64,000 nt of DNA from a virus. The notes beneath the pieces are model-generated. The model was not told where the DNA came from, made no database searches, and saw only the letters and a program-made list of their open reading frames with translations. Positions 24,860-37,369 of the stretch are shown one piece after another. The stretch's first letter is position 1; each line of letters begins with the position of its first letter. The position numbers and the translations under genes were made by a program. The stretch lies in the UHGV virus genome UHGV-0073881; one strand, given 5' to 3'.

Positions 24860-25359
24860 TGGCAGAAGTTATCTCTATTTCCAATGCTACGAGAGTGCAT
24901 TCTTATAGAGGTGTCTTAGTCATTACTGACAATTTAACTGTGGAGGCTGGCTCAAGGGTCAGCCTTACAGGGTTTGTTAGTGATGGTGGAACCTCGAATG
25001 TTTTCACAATTTGCAGGTTACTTGATGCTCTAATGAGCGGAAAATCGTTTATTTCACAAAATTGTTACGAAATTGTTAAAATTCCATTTGACAGTTCATG
25101 CCTTTTGGGTGTAAAGTTATATAACTGTGAGAATAAACGTATTAACGTTAACAGCGTTGAAGCTGCTTTCATTACCATTGACACAGCATTTCAATCCCCT
25201 ATGACAGTAAACAAAGAGACTAACAGACTTGAATACATTTTTTCACAAAATGATTACAAAGTACTTGTCAAAGGTAAAGTTTATGATATGATTGTAAATG
25301 TGGTGGATGAATCTGGTAACCATTCAACAGCCCTTAAACAGAAAGTAAGGTTTAATTAA
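24859..25359 (+). CDS. hypothetical head-module protein (166 aa)
   Basis: ORF track; ATGA start-stop overlap with portal. Confidence 0.55.
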   Translation: MAEVISISNATRVHSYRGVLVITDNLTVEAGSRVSLTGFVSDGGTSNVFTICRLLDALMSGKSFISQNCYEIVKIPFDSSCLLGVKLYNCENKRINVNSVEAAFITIDTAFQSPMTVNKETNRLEYIFSQNDYKVLVKGKVYDMIVNVVDESGNHSTALKQKVRFN

Positions 25360-25691
25360 TGGGAACATTAACTATTGATGGTAAGAATAAAATCCTAGCC
25401 ACACTAACCCCGACGACAATTGTTTTACACAATGTAGACCCAACGGCAGACCCTACAGCAAACAAGGTTACTCAGCCAGTGGCTATTCTATTTTCAGAAC
25501 CTAACAACGGGCTAATTGCCTCAGAAGATGCAGTTAATATTACTGTACCAGCTTCTGCTACGGTTTCTCATTATAGCCTGTGGGATGACAATAACAAGTG
25601 CATGGCAACGGGTGCTTTAAGTAGTCCTCAATTCTTTGCTGAAGAAGGTATTTATGTTATCTCTTCAGTATCTGTGGATTTAAACAAATAG
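25359..25691 (+). CDS. hypothetical head-module protein (110 aa)
   Basis: ORF track; coupled to upstream ORF. Confidence 0.55.
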   Translation: MGTLTIDGKNKILATLTPTTIVLHNVDPTADPTANKVTQPVAILFSEPNNGLIASEDAVNITVPASATVSHYSLWDDNNKCMATGALSSPQFFAEEGIYVISSVSVDLNK

Positions 25692-25702
25692 GGTGAAAAA
25701 GA

Positions 25703-27040
25703 ATGAGTTCGAATATCTTCAGACTTGCTGATAGATTATTCAACCAGCCTTTACTAGCCACAGAATCACTAGCTCACTCAGCAGCGACTTATGTTAATAA
25801 CCGTCTGTTAGGTGAAGTTCAAGCAGCAGTAAACTTTGACAAACCTAAAGGTGAAGCAAGAAGTCTTTTAAAAGTAAAAGATGACATTGCTATTATCCCT
25901 ATTATGGGTGGCCTTACACATCGTATGACCTTTATGGATGCTATGTGTACTGGTGGTCTAAGTTCTTATGAAGGTTTACGCAGAGGCTTCGACGAAGCTT
26001 TAGCAGATGAATCTATCAATACTATCTTGCTGCATATTGATTCAGGTGGTGGTGAAGCGTCAGGTTGTTTTGAGTTGGCACGTCATATCATGGCCTCAAG
26101 AGGCAAAAAGAAAATTATTGCTTATGTAGATGAGTTCGCATGTTCCGCTGCATATGCTCTTGCATCTTCTGCTGACGAAGTTATTGCTTCTCCAGATGCT
26201 GATGTTGGTTCAATTGGTGTAATTATGGTTCACCAAGAATTAACTAAGGCATTTGAAAAGAATGGCGTAACAATTAACGTTATTAAAGCTGGAGAATTTA
26301 AAGGTATGGGTTCCCCATTCCAAACTCTCTCAGAAGAAAGTAAAGCAAGACTTCAGAAACGTATTGACGACACCTACTCAACCTTTACAGGTTTTGTTGC
26401 AGAATCTCGTAATATCTCTGAAGAAGCTGTAAAGAATACTGAGGCGAATGTTTATTCTGCTCAGGAAGCTCTTGAACTTGGTTTAATTAATTCAATCATG
26501 TCTCAAGATGATTTCTTAAATTACTTACAAGGTTCTGAAGAAGCTCCTGTAAGTTTAAACGTTAACAATTCAGGTGAAGAAATGACTGAACAAGAAAAGC
26601 AAGAACTAGAAGCTTTGCGTCTTCAGGTTGCTCAAATGAAAGCTAAAGAACAAGAAGCTGCTCTGTCAGATTTAACTGGCAAGATTTCTGCTTCTGCCGA
26701 AGCTTTTGGGTTTGATGCAAAAGAAGCTGCAACAGCTATTTTAGGTGCTGGTCTTGATAACCCTCTGAGTGTTCTGTTTATGAATGCTATGGAAGGTGCT
26801 AACCAGAAACTTAATGAAACTATCGCGTCCCATGCTTCTGCCATGTCTGAGAAGGACACAGAAATCACTAAGCTGAAAGAAACTGCTGGTGCTGTTCTGG
26901 AACACTCAAACGCAATGGAAGAACTTGGCAATGACGGTGAAGCAGAACTTGAAGTTGAAAAACCAGCTTCCGAAGCAAATGCTGAACCTGACCAACGCAA
27001 ACTGGCTCTCCAGAATGCTTTGAAATCTCTTATCAAATAA
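25703..27040 (+). CDS. prohead protease (S49/ClpP-like) fused to scaffold-like C-terminal domain
   Basis: N-terminal half has ClpP/SppA-like segments (LLHIDSGGGEASG, AYALASSADE); C-terminal 150 aa Ala/Glu-rich coiled-coil-like. Confidence 0.7.
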   Translation: MSSNIFRLADRLFNQPLLATESLAHSAATYVNNRLLGEVQAAVNFDKPKGEARSLLKVKDDIAIIPIMGGLTHRMTFMDAMCTGGLSSYEGLRRGFDEALADESINTILLHIDSGGGEASGCFELARHIMASRGKKKIIAYVDEFACSAAYALASSADEVIASPDADVGSIGVIMVHQELTKAFEKNGVTINVIKAGEFKGMGSPFQTLSEESKARLQKRIDDTYSTFTGFVAESRNISEEAVKNTEANVYSAQEALELGLINSIMSQDDFLNYLQGSEEAPVSLNVNNSGEEMTEQEKQELEALRLQVAQMKAKEQEAALSDLTGKISASAEAFGFDAKEAATAILGAGLDNPLSVLFMNAMEGANQKLNETIASHASAMSEKDTEITKLKETAGAVLEHSNAMEELGNDGEAELEVEKPASEANAEPDQRKLALQNALKSLIK

Positions 27041-27052
27041 GGAACACAAATA

Positions 27053-27430
27053 ATGGCATATCAAGGTTTTACACACTTGGGTAACAGAGAACCTCTGAAT
27101 GATATCATCCTATGGGAACAGATTACTCCAACTGGTCACTCTCGTAAAGAGTATGCTCCTGTAGCGAGCACAGAATACCGTGTAGGTGAAGTTCTGAAAG
27201 CTGACGGCTCTAAAGTAGCTGCTGGTCAAGAAGCTCAGGCTGATTCTATCTGTATCGTAAACTTCTACGCAGACCTACAACTGTCTTATCATGGTCAGTT
27301 GAAAGTTGTTGGTATCTACCGTGACGCCGAACTGAAGGACATGCTGACACTTGAAGATGGTGTTGACGCTGCTGCTGTTAAAGCTGCCCTGAAAGCGAAA
27401 GGCATTGATTTTGTACCAACTGGCCTGTAA
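27053..27430 (+). CDS. head decoration protein (putative)
   Basis: 125 aa ORF between protease/scaffold and capsid gene, the position of decoration genes in lambda-type head modules. Confidence 0.45.
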   Translation: MAYQGFTHLGNREPLNDIILWEQITPTGHSRKEYAPVASTEYRVGEVLKADGSKVAAGQEAQADSICIVNFYADLQLSYHGQLKVVGIYRDAELKDMLTLEDGVDAAAVKAALKAKGIDFVPTGL

Positions 27431-27461
27431 TTAATTATAAGACATTCTGGAGAATTTTATA

Positions 27462-28571
27462 ATGGCATTAACTAATTCTGAAAAAAGCAGATTTTTCCTT
27501 GCTGACCTGACTGGCGAAGTTCAGTCTATCCCAAATACTTACGGTTATATTTCCGGTTTGGGTCTTTTCCGTTCTGCTCCACAGACTCAGACAACTTTCC
27601 TGATGGACTTGACTGATTGGGACATTAGCTTGCTTGACGCTGTAGACCGTACCAGCCGTAAGGCTGAAACAAGCTCTCCAGAGAGAGTTAAGCAGATTAG
27701 CTTCCCAATGATGTATTTCAAGGAAGTTGAAAGCATTACTCCTGATGAGATTCAGGGTGTACGTCAGCCAGGCACTGCAAACGAACTGACTACTGAAGCT
27801 ATCGTTCGTGCTAAGAAGCTGATGAAGATTCGTACCAAGTTCGATATTACTCGTGAGTTCTTGTTCATGCAAGCTCTGAAGGGTAAAGTAATCGACGCTA
27901 ACGGTGTTCTGTACGCTGACCTGTACAAGCAGTTCGATGTTACTAAGAAGACTATCTACTTCGACCTTGACAACCCTAACTCTGATATCGATGCGCACAT
28001 TGAAGACCTGCGTATGCACATGGAAGACGAAGCTAAGACAGGTACTGTAATCAACGGTGAAGAAATTCATATCGTTGTTGACAGAACTTTCTTCAGTAAG
28101 CTTATCAAGCATCCGAAGATTCGTGATGCGTATCTGGCTCAACAGACTCCTCTGGCATGGCAACAGATTACTGGCTCTCTGAGAACTGGTGGTGCTGATG
28201 GTGTTCAGGCTCATATGAACACGTTCTACTATGGTGGTGTTAAGTTTGTCCAGTACAACGGTAAGTTCAAAGATAAGCGTAACAAGACCCACACTCTGGT
28301 GAGCATTGATGGTGTTGCTCAGGATGGAACTGTAGGTGTAGGTCACGCATTCCCTAACGTAGCAATGTTGGGTGAAGCTAACAACATCTTTGAAGTGGCT
28401 TACGCTCCATGTCCTAAGATGGGTTATGCAAATACTCTTGGTCAGGAACTGTACGTATTTGAATACGAAAAAGACCGTGACGAAGGTATTGATTTCGAAG
28501 CTCACTCTTACATGCTGCCATACTGCACACGCCCTCAGTTACTGGTAGACGTTCGTTCTGACGCTGCTTAA
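27462..28571 (+). CDS. major capsid protein (putative)
   Basis: 369 aa ORF after protease/scaffold and decoration genes; strong RBS CTGGAG; call by position and size. Confidence 0.75.
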   Translation: MALTNSEKSRFFLADLTGEVQSIPNTYGYISGLGLFRSAPQTQTTFLMDLTDWDISLLDAVDRTSRKAETSSPERVKQISFPMMYFKEVESITPDEIQGVRQPGTANELTTEAIVRAKKLMKIRTKFDITREFLFMQALKGKVIDANGVLYADLYKQFDVTKKTIYFDLDNPNSDIDAHIEDLRMHMEDEAKTGTVINGEEIHIVVDRTFFSKLIKHPKIRDAYLAQQTPLAWQQITGSLRTGGADGVQAHMNTFYYGGVKFVQYNGKFKDKRNKTHTLVSIDGVAQDGTVGVGHAFPNVAMLGEANNIFEVAYAPCPKMGYANTLGQELYVFEYEKDRDEGIDFEAHSYMLPYCTRPQLLVDVRSDAA

Positions 28572-28591
28572 GACTTGAAAGGAGGGTTATA

Positions 28592-29041
28592 ATGTGTTAT
28601 ACAGGCGACCCCGCCAATAACCCTCTTGATAGAGTTAGAATTCTCTGCACCGACACTAATAATGATGAAATTCTTATTGAGCAATCGGTGCTAGAGTGGT
28701 TCTACCAAGAATCTGGAAAGGATGAAAAGAAAGCAGCCATCAAAGCTCTTAAATATTTACTCTTTCAAGTAGCCAAGATGGGAGATGAGAAAGTTGGTGG
28801 TGTTTATTTACGTAACTCTTCCAGATTCAAATCTCTGAAAGCTGTTTATGACGACCTTATTAAAAGCTCTGTTTCAGGACTACCCTATGTAGGTGGTATT
28901 AATCAGTGTGATATTAATATGCGTAGTCAAAATCCTTGCTCTGTCAAGAAATATACTGAATATGGCGATGCTGCAAGATACGAGGGTAGAGATTACTGCA
29001 ATCGTGTTAATGGCGTATTTGTAATTGAGCGAGATGAATAA
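28592..29041 (+). CDS. hypothetical head-tail joining module protein (149 aa)
   Basis: ORF track; RBS GGAGGG. Confidence 0.55.
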   Translation: MCYTGDPANNPLDRVRILCTDTNNDEILIEQSVLEWFYQESGKDEKKAAIKALKYLLFQVAKMGDEKVGGVYLRNSSRFKSLKAVYDDLIKSSVSGLPYVGGINQCDINMRSQNPCSVKKYTEYGDAARYEGRDYCNRVNGVFVIERDE

Positions 29042-29523
29042 TGGTAAAAAGGGTTATTCACCCCGCTAGAGCTAAATTAGTCGGGGCTATGAAGAACTTG
29101 CAAACGGCTAATGCTCAAGTTGGGTATTTTCAAGAACAAGGTCAACATAGCTCTGGTTTTTCTTATCCTGCTTTAATGTACTTACACGAAGTTATAGGGG
29201 TTCCCTCAGCTTCTGGTAAGGTTTATCGTAGGCTGTTTGAAATCACTATGATGCTACACAAACAGACCTTGTTAGAGCAGACTAAGAAGAATCTCTATAA
29301 GCAACTAAACAGTCTTACTGTAGACCCTTCAAATACCTTGGAAGCATTCGCAAAGAGTGCTCAAGGGGCAATTAAAAGAGGTTTTGGTAATACTGCTATC
29401 CTTCCTCCTAACGCACCTTCCACAGTAGCTAAAAAAGGTTTTAACGCTCCACTTGTGGAAACAGGTGACTTAAGAGAAAACCTTGCTTATAAAATTTCTA
29501 CTAAAAAGGGCATTAAGAAATGA
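29041..29523 (+). CDS. hypothetical head completion/neck protein (160 aa)
   Basis: ORF track; overlapping start-stop. Confidence 0.5.
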   Translation: MVKRVIHPARAKLVGAMKNLQTANAQVGYFQEQGQHSSGFSYPALMYLHEVIGVPSASGKVYRRLFEITMMLHKQTLLEQTKKNLYKQLNSLTVDPSNTLEAFAKSAQGAIKRGFGNTAILPPNAPSTVAKKGFNAPLVETGDLRENLAYKISTKKGIKK

Positions 29524-29921
29524 GACTCTTAAACAGACACAGCTTTGTAGTTAAACGCAAAGTATCTGAAGACGGCTATTACAATAACGATGGTGATTGG
29601 ATTGCTTCTCAAGATATTGTTGAGGTAAACTGCAAAGGTAATATTCAACCTTATATTAAGGGTTCTGTAAAGAATGGTACACAGATTGTTTTACCTGAAG
29701 GTATCAGACTGACAGATACAAGAATCCTTTTCACTGTAGCTGAGTTAAGAACGTCAGATGACGTTGATTGGACTGAGGCTGATATTGTTATGATTAAAGG
29801 ACACGAATACGAAGTCTTTATGACAATGGATTGGTCAGAACAGTTAGCTCACACATCCCATTATGAATATATCATCATTAGAAGGGATAAGATGAATGCA
29901 GTTAGAAACAGCAGAACTTGA
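29520..29921 (+). CDS. hypothetical neck/tail completion protein (133 aa)
   Basis: ORF track; 4-nt overlap. Confidence 0.5.
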   Translation: MRLLNRHSFVVKRKVSEDGYYNNDGDWIASQDIVEVNCKGNIQPYIKGSVKNGTQIVLPEGIRLTDTRILFTVAELRTSDDVDWTEADIVMIKGHEYEVFMTMDWSEQLAHTSHYEYIIIRRDKMNAVRNSRT

Positions 29922-30495
29922 GAAAGGGATTGTCAGAACTTTGGTTGATGTTATTGGTCACCGTCTAGCACGAGATAAGAATAACAGACCAAACGTTATC
30001 AGGGCATACCCATCTGACAACTCAAATGATAAAGGTCTAAAACCTGACCAGCCATTTATTACAGTTTACTGTCAAGATGCTACAACGCCTTATGGGTGGG
30101 TACTTGATAAATTCGTGGAAGATGATGTAGTTTGTTATAGAATTGCTTTTCAGATTCCAGTGTTAATTACTGTGAATGGTAAAGGTGCTCATAGTATTAT
30201 GCTAGAGCTAAAACAGAGATTAGAGATGAGTTCCACAAGGGATTTATTAGCTGAGGAAACAGGAGCATCTGTTCTTGATACCGGAGCTATCCCAAATGAT
30301 TACACTTATCTTAATACAGACTTTGAAAATTCTGCACCTCTTGTTGTAACACTCGTAAAAAATTCAGTATTAAAAGATGAACGTGGAAGTATTATTGAAC
30401 GTGTCATTGTTGATGGTGAGTTAGTTTATGAGGAAGGACAGGAGCCACCAGAATATACTATCCATCTAGATGTAGACTCCAAAGGGGTAAAATAA
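29896..30495 (+). CDS. hypothetical neck/tail completion protein (199 aa)
   Basis: ORF track. Confidence 0.5.
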   Translation: MQLETAELEKGIVRTLVDVIGHRLARDKNNRPNVIRAYPSDNSNDKGLKPDQPFITVYCQDATTPYGWVLDKFVEDDVVCYRIAFQIPVLITVNGKGAHSIMLELKQRLEMSSTRDLLAEETGASVLDTGAIPNDYTYLNTDFENSAPLVVTLVKNSVLKDERGSIIERVIVDGELVYEEGQEPPEYTIHLDVDSKGVK

Positions 30496-31848
30496 ATGTG
30501 GAATCCAATTGTTAATGTAGATATTACATTGAACACAGCAGGGACTACGAGAGAAGGTTTTGGACTGCCATTATTCTTAGCTTCAACAGATAACTTTGAA
30601 GAAAGAATTCGTGGTTATACTTCACTAACTGAAGTTGCCGAAGACTTTGATGAAAGTTCTGCTGCATACAAAGCTGCAAAACAGCTATGGAGTCAGACTC
30701 CAAAAGTAACTCAACTTTATATTGGTAGACGTTCTATGCAGTATACCGTTGCTGTTCCTGATGCCGTTGCTGAGAGCACAGAATACTCTCTTACAGTTGC
30801 TGTAGGTGGTGGTGTATCTCAGCCATTCCAGTACACAGCTAAGGCCGATGATACAGCCCTGATTGTTCTGAATGAATTTAAAACTCAGATTGAAGCAAGC
30901 CCTGCTGTTAAAGATGATGTTCAGGTTAATGTAACAGGTGCTGGTGACTCAGCTACAATGATTATCTCCAAAGCAGGTGATAATGATTTCGTAAAAGTTA
31001 CCACAACTGGTAAGACTCTTTCAATCTCTTCTACGACTGCTGACAGTGCATCAACTGCTCTCTCTGCAATTGAAACGTACTCAACAGATTGGTACTTCAT
31101 TGCAACAGAAGACAGAACTTCACAGTTTGTCTTGGCAATGGCATCTGAAATTCAGGCTCGTAAGAAGATTTTCTTCACAGCTAACTCTGATGTGAAAGCT
31201 CTACAGGGAACCGACCTAGCTTCTGCTACAGACGTACCAGCACAGCTTGCTAAATCCAAGTACACTCGTACAGTTTGCTTGTGGCATCACACTGCAAGAT
31301 ACGACTACCCAGAAATGGCTTACATTGCTTACGGTGCTCCATATGACGCAGGTTCCATTGCTTGGGGTAACGCTCAGTTGACGGGTGTTGAAACATCTTA
31401 TCAGCCAGCTAACAAGAGACCTCTGACAAGCATTCAGAAATCTGCACTAGATGCACGTAGCTGTAACTTCATTGACCTTGATGGTGGTGTTCCGGTTGTG
31501 CGTAGAGGTATCACTTCAGGTGGGGAATGGATTGATATCGTTCGTGGTGTCGATTGGCTGACTTCTGACTTGAAAACTTCTCTGAGAGACTTGCTAATTA
31601 ATCAGAAGGGTGGTAAGATTACTTATGATGATACTGGTATTACTCGTATTCGTCAAGTCATTGAAACATCTCTTCAGAGAGCGGTTAACAGAAACTTTTT
31701 ATCATCTTACACCGTTAATGTACCTAAAGCTTCTCAGGTTTCTTTAGCAGACAAGAAAGCACGTATCCTGAAAGATATTACCTTCCACGGTATTATCGCA
31801 GGTGCTATCTTGGATGTTGACCTGAAAGGTACAGTGGCTTACGAATAA
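30496..31848 (+). CDS. tail sheath protein (putative)
   Basis: 450 aa ORF followed by a 148 aa ORF, two chaperone-sized ORFs and a tape measure gene, the usual contractile-tail order. Confidence 0.55.
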   Translation: MWNPIVNVDITLNTAGTTREGFGLPLFLASTDNFEERIRGYTSLTEVAEDFDESSAAYKAAKQLWSQTPKVTQLYIGRRSMQYTVAVPDAVAESTEYSLTVAVGGGVSQPFQYTAKADDTALIVLNEFKTQIEASPAVKDDVQVNVTGAGDSATMIISKAGDNDFVKVTTTGKTLSISSTTADSASTALSAIETYSTDWYFIATEDRTSQFVLAMASEIQARKKIFFTANSDVKALQGTDLASATDVPAQLAKSKYTRTVCLWHHTARYDYPEMAYIAYGAPYDAGSIAWGNAQLTGVETSYQPANKRPLTSIQKSALDARSCNFIDLDGGVPVVRRGITSGGEWIDIVRGVDWLTSDLKTSLRDLLINQKGGKITYDDTGITRIRQVIETSLQRAVNRNFLSSYTVNVPKASQVSLADKKARILKDITFHGIIAGAILDVDLKGTVAYE

Positions 31849-31863
31849 TAGGAGTACTTTGGA

Positions 31864-32310
31864 ATGGCTATGTATCAGCAATATTCCCCTAAAGACGTAG
31901 TTTGTAGCTGGAATGGTATTGCCATCGAAGGCTTTGCTCCAGACTCTTTCCTACGCCTACAGAGAACATCACCACTTGTTACACCAGTTGTTGGTGCAGG
32001 TGGTCAGGTAGCTCTGACAAGAAACGCAGATAAGACAGGCACTATTGAGATTGAGCTAATGCAGACCTCTCTATCTAACCAGATTCTTTCTGCGATTCAA
32101 GCTAAACAGGACGATATGGAACTTGAAGAAGATATCTCTTCTAACTTCGTAATCTATGACCCTTCGGGGTCTGTAATGGCAACTGGTATTAATGCTTGGT
32201 TGCAAGAACTTCCACAGGTTGAGTTAGGTCGTGACCAGAACTCTAAGACGTGGATTTTCGGATGCGAACGTTTAGACTATACTTCTACAGTACCAGCGTC
32301 AAGCGTTTAA
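31864..32310 (+). CDS. tail tube protein (putative)
   Basis: 148 aa ORF directly after putative sheath; RBS TAGGAG. Confidence 0.5.
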   Translation: MAMYQQYSPKDVVCSWNGIAIEGFAPDSFLRLQRTSPLVTPVVGAGGQVALTRNADKTGTIEIELMQTSLSNQILSAIQAKQDDMELEEDISSNFVIYDPSGSVMATGINAWLQELPQVELGRDQNSKTWIFGCERLDYTSTVPASSV

Positions 32311-32388
32311 TAAATCCTAATAAGGGGGAGACTGTAAAAGGTCTTCCCCTTTTGTGTTTTTGTACACCAATAATTTTAAGGAATCACA

Positions 32389-32796
32389 ATGAAGACTCAA
32401 ACCAAACACATTAATGGAAAGAAAGTAACTATTATTCTTTTAGGTGCAAGAGAAGGTATTAAAATGTCTATGAAGCTCGGTAAAGTAGTTGTACCGACAT
32501 TTGCACAGATGCTTTCTAGTTTAACTGGAAATAAAGAAGCTGAAGAAGCTCCGAAGGTTCCATTTAAAGAACTTGTAGAAGCTTGCTTTGACAGAATTGA
32601 TGAGTTGGATATTGACTCAATGGCAGAATTACTATTTCAGGGGGCAACAGTTGATGACTTCCCACTGAAAGTTGACTCTTACTTCCAAGGAAACTACGGA
32701 GAATTTATTGACTTCTTAGCATTTGCTCTGGAGGCTAATTTCGGAAGTTTTTTCGAGGCAAGCATTTTCAAAAGCCTAACTTCTCAGGAAGCTTAA
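32389..32796 (+). CDS. tail assembly chaperone (putative)
   Basis: 135 aa acidic ORF immediately upstream of tape measure region. Confidence 0.5.
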   Translation: MKTQTKHINGKKVTIILLGAREGIKMSMKLGKVVVPTFAQMLSSLTGNKEAEEAPKVPFKELVEACFDRIDELDIDSMAELLFQGATVDDFPLKVDSYFQGNYGEFIDFLAFALEANFGSFFEASIFKSLTSQEA

Positions 32797-32804
32797 GATA
32801 TGCT

Positions 32805-33032
32805 ATGCAGACCCCACTGACTGATGGGGCTGTAGAAGCAACTTATGAAGAAGCAGATGAGATGAAATTTGTGCTTGCTATTTACGGTATGGAAGGGTGC
32901 AAAGAAACACTTGACCAACTTTTCTCTATGTCCTTCACTGACCTACTATCATTACGTCAGTATCTGGAAATCCAGAGGTCATACAAAGAGGAAATTGCTT
33001 ACAACGAACTTAGAAAGGCAGGTAAAATTTAA
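32805..33032 (+). CDS. second tail assembly chaperone ORF (putative)
   Basis: 75 aa ORF in a different frame between chaperone and tape measure gene. Confidence 0.4.
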   Translation: MQTPLTDGAVEATYEEADEMKFVLAIYGMEGCKETLDQLFSMSFTDLLSLRQYLEIQRSYKEEIAYNELRKAGKI

Positions 33033-35239
33033 TGGCACAATATACAGTTGATAGTTTTATTGTTGAGTTGGGCTTTAGTGAAAAGGTTGTGAAGGGTTTA
33101 CAAAGAGTTGAAAAGATGGCTATGCAATCTGCACAACGAATTGAAAGAAACCTGAATAAAGCCTTTGCTGTGAAGCCAAATAAAAACTCTCAAGAAGCTT
33201 TAAACAGACTTGTTAAAAACGCTCAGACTGCTTCGGGCAGAATCAATAAAGCCCTGAACAACTCCCTTAACTTAGACTCCCAAGGTGCAAAGTCTCTGAA
33301 GAAATTAGAGACACAAGGTAAGAAGACTGCCAAAGAAATTAATAAGGCTCTAAGACAGGCTATGAATGTTGATGGTAAAGTCAAGATTCGTGGTGTTGGT
33401 AGAGGCCGTGGTAATTCTAATCCTCCAATTGGTGGAGGTTCACCAAGAGTTAGACCTGATATTGCTCAGAGACAAATGGAAAGAATGTTTAATAACAATT
33501 TCTACTCTGGCCTTACTCGTCGTCTTGAAACTATTGGTGGACAGGGTAACCAAATGGCTGCTTCTTTCAGAGGCAACTTGCAAGGAATCTATAACAAGTA
33601 TAAAGGGAGTGGTAAGGTTGGTGAATATGAGATGGAAGTTAAAAAACTCATTGACACAACCAAAAGATGGGTAATTGCAGAAAATGCTAGACTTAAGGCA
33701 GTCAAAGAATCAGCATGGCTACAGGATAGAGCAAACTCTTCACTAAGACAACTAGTAGGTGGTTTTGTTTCTGCATACGCTATGTTAGAATTGGCTCAGA
33801 AGACTATTGATGCAGGTGTTAAAAGACAATCTGCACAGTTAGCTTCTACGGCAATCTTTGGAGCAGATACACAGCAAGCTAGAATGTTCGCTGCATCGTT
33901 CGCTCACCAGATTGGACAGAACTACACAGACACTATGAAGCAGTATTCAAACTTTGCTGCTGGTGCTCAACCAACACTTGGTTTCCAAGGTACTCAAGAG
34001 TTCTATAAGAATGCTGCTATGTTTGCCCGTATTAGAGGGGCATCTGACGAAGACCTGAAAGGTATCATGGTTGCTTTCCAACAGATGGCTTCTAAGGGTA
34101 AGATTCAGGCTGAAGAACTTCGTGGACAGTTAGGTGACCGTTTAGCTGGTGCTGTACAACTGTTTGCTGACGCGATTGGTAAGACCCCACAGGAACTGGA
34201 TAAACTGATGAAGGATGGTAAACTTCTTGCTAAAGACGTTCTTCCTCAAGTTTCTGAGAAGATGAGAGAGTTAGTAGAAGCAGCAGGTGGTATGAATGCC
34301 GTGTCTAAGCAGACAGCTACTTCTATGGGTCAAGCAAAAGCTATGTGGGACAATACCCTCGTAGCACTGTTTAACAACTCTAGTGAAGGTATTTCACAGT
34401 TGTCTAACTCAATTTCAATGTTCTTACAAGGTTCCCTTGGTACTGCTGAAGCTTTAGGTACTGGTATTGGATACCTGTTAAAAGGTGCTGGAAACTTACT
34501 TGATTTCATTACAGACATTATGTATAGAATCTCTGGGCTGTACTACCTATCTATGGGTTATTACAACGAATTAGATGCTAGTCAACAGAAACTTGTAAAA
34601 GAAGCTTCTGAGTTCCTTGCAACAGTTATTGCTATTGGTGCTGCTGTAGCAACGGTCGCTAAAGTGGCGAAGCTTATCACTGGATTCTTTGATACAGCAA
34701 TTGTACGAAAGATTCTTCAGAGATTTGGCATTGAGGTGGCTGAGAAAGTTGCACCAAGAGCAGCTCCATTTTTAATGCCACCTCAAGTAAAGGTGGCCTT
34801 GGCAACAATTGCACTATCTAGGTCTTCTGACCCTAATGCTGGAAAGAGATACAATGAGGTCACTCTTCCAAAACCTTTTGAAGATGCTGTATCAAGTGTT
34901 ACCAACGCTAAACGCCCAATGTTCTTTGACCAGAATGGACAGTTGCAGTTTGCACAATATACGACTGACACTGATGGTAACATCCAAAGAGTTGATAATG
35001 GTATGTCAAATTGGGATATCATTATGAACAACTTGTCAGAGTCTTTAAACAACTTTGCAAACAAGTTCAATCAGACCCCTATGATGATGACACCTTCTGG
35101 ATTACCTATGCAAACTAAGCAGACTCTTAATGTCACGTTTAACCTTGATGGTAACCAGATTGCTACTAAGATGGTCGATATTACTAACAAGAACCAAGAA
35201 GATATTTTGTTAAACTCAGCTTACCCAGAGGATAATTAA
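33032..35239 (+). CDS. tail tape measure protein
   Basis: 735 aa, long low-complexity helical protein with Gly-rich segments, after chaperone ORFs. Confidence 0.8.
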   Translation: MAQYTVDSFIVELGFSEKVVKGLQRVEKMAMQSAQRIERNLNKAFAVKPNKNSQEALNRLVKNAQTASGRINKALNNSLNLDSQGAKSLKKLETQGKKTAKEINKALRQAMNVDGKVKIRGVGRGRGNSNPPIGGGSPRVRPDIAQRQMERMFNNNFYSGLTRRLETIGGQGNQMAASFRGNLQGIYNKYKGSGKVGEYEMEVKKLIDTTKRWVIAENARLKAVKESAWLQDRANSSLRQLVGGFVSAYAMLELAQKTIDAGVKRQSAQLASTAIFGADTQQARMFAASFAHQIGQNYTDTMKQYSNFAAGAQPTLGFQGTQEFYKNAAMFARIRGASDEDLKGIMVAFQQMASKGKIQAEELRGQLGDRLAGAVQLFADAIGKTPQELDKLMKDGKLLAKDVLPQVSEKMRELVEAAGGMNAVSKQTATSMGQAKAMWDNTLVALFNNSSEGISQLSNSISMFLQGSLGTAEALGTGIGYLLKGAGNLLDFITDIMYRISGLYYLSMGYYNELDASQQKLVKEASEFLATVIAIGAAVATVAKVAKLITGFFDTAIVRKILQRFGIEVAEKVAPRAAPFLMPPQVKVALATIALSRSSDPNAGKRYNEVTLPKPFEDAVSSVTNAKRPMFFDQNGQLQFAQYTTDTDGNIQRVDNGMSNWDIIMNNLSESLNNFANKFNQTPMMMTPSGLPMQTKQTLNVTFNLDGNQIATKMVDITNKNQEDILLNSAYPEDN

Positions 35240-36050
35240 TGTTATGGGATAACAACATGCAAATCAAGTACTCTGGAAAGGATGGTATTTATTTCCATCT
35301 TAGAGATAATGTAGACGCATTCTTGACATTATCTGCAACAGAGCAAATGGAGTATGATTCACCTATGTTGGTGACTACTCAAGCAATGCAAAGTGGTCAG
35401 ACTATTACTGACAACGTGCAACGTTCCCCTAAGACAATTTCTATTTCTGGTGTTGTGGTAGTTGGCTACGAAGGTAGCCTTCTACGTACTCGTCAAGGCC
35501 AATTAGTAGAAAACTTTATTTCAACTGTAGAGACTTGGAGAGACCAGAAGCAAATTATTTCAATCGTCTGTAAAGATGGTATTAAGATTGACGACGCTGT
35601 AATTACCCAATTTAAAGCTTCTAAAGAACACACAATTTCTAATGGTCTTCGTATTCAGATGACCTTCCAAGAAATTAACTTTAAAGCCGTTGTAGGGACT
35701 ACAGATGTTAGTGCAGCAACTGGTAAAACATCCACAACTAAAGATGACGGTGTAACTTCTAAAAAGAACACTGGTAATACTACAACATCTCTTGGAAGTG
35801 GTAAATTGAATTGTCAATTGCTTTATGATATCCAAGCAAGTGGTGTGAGGATTCTTTCTAGTGCAGAGCAAAAAGCACTAGGTAACTGTGGTTTATCTGC
35901 AAACACTAATAAAGGTGTAACCACATTTAGTGACAAAGCTAATGCTGGAGCAGCTAATGCAATCAGACAAACCTCAGCCAACCAATCAGCAGGTAAAGGG
36001 AATGCTTTACAGACTCATTCAGTAAATCCTAACAAGAAAGGAAATTATTA

Positions 36051-36051
<1 letters not shown>
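35239..36051 (+). CDS. baseplate/tail hub module protein (270 aa)
   Basis: ORF track; ATGA overlap with tape measure stop. Confidence 0.5.

Positions 36052-37368
<1,317 letters not shown>

Positions 37369-37369
<1 letters not shown>

Noticed and set aside
27468-28505. 345-aa minus-strand ORF inside the capsid gene, and similar antisense ORFs (22408-22770, 22840-23211, 26632-27036, 35560-35871, 42663-42920, 61831-62271, 62268-62624)
   Set aside because: Fully embedded antisense to well-supported genes, low-complexity translations, no RBS context; treated as chance ORFs.
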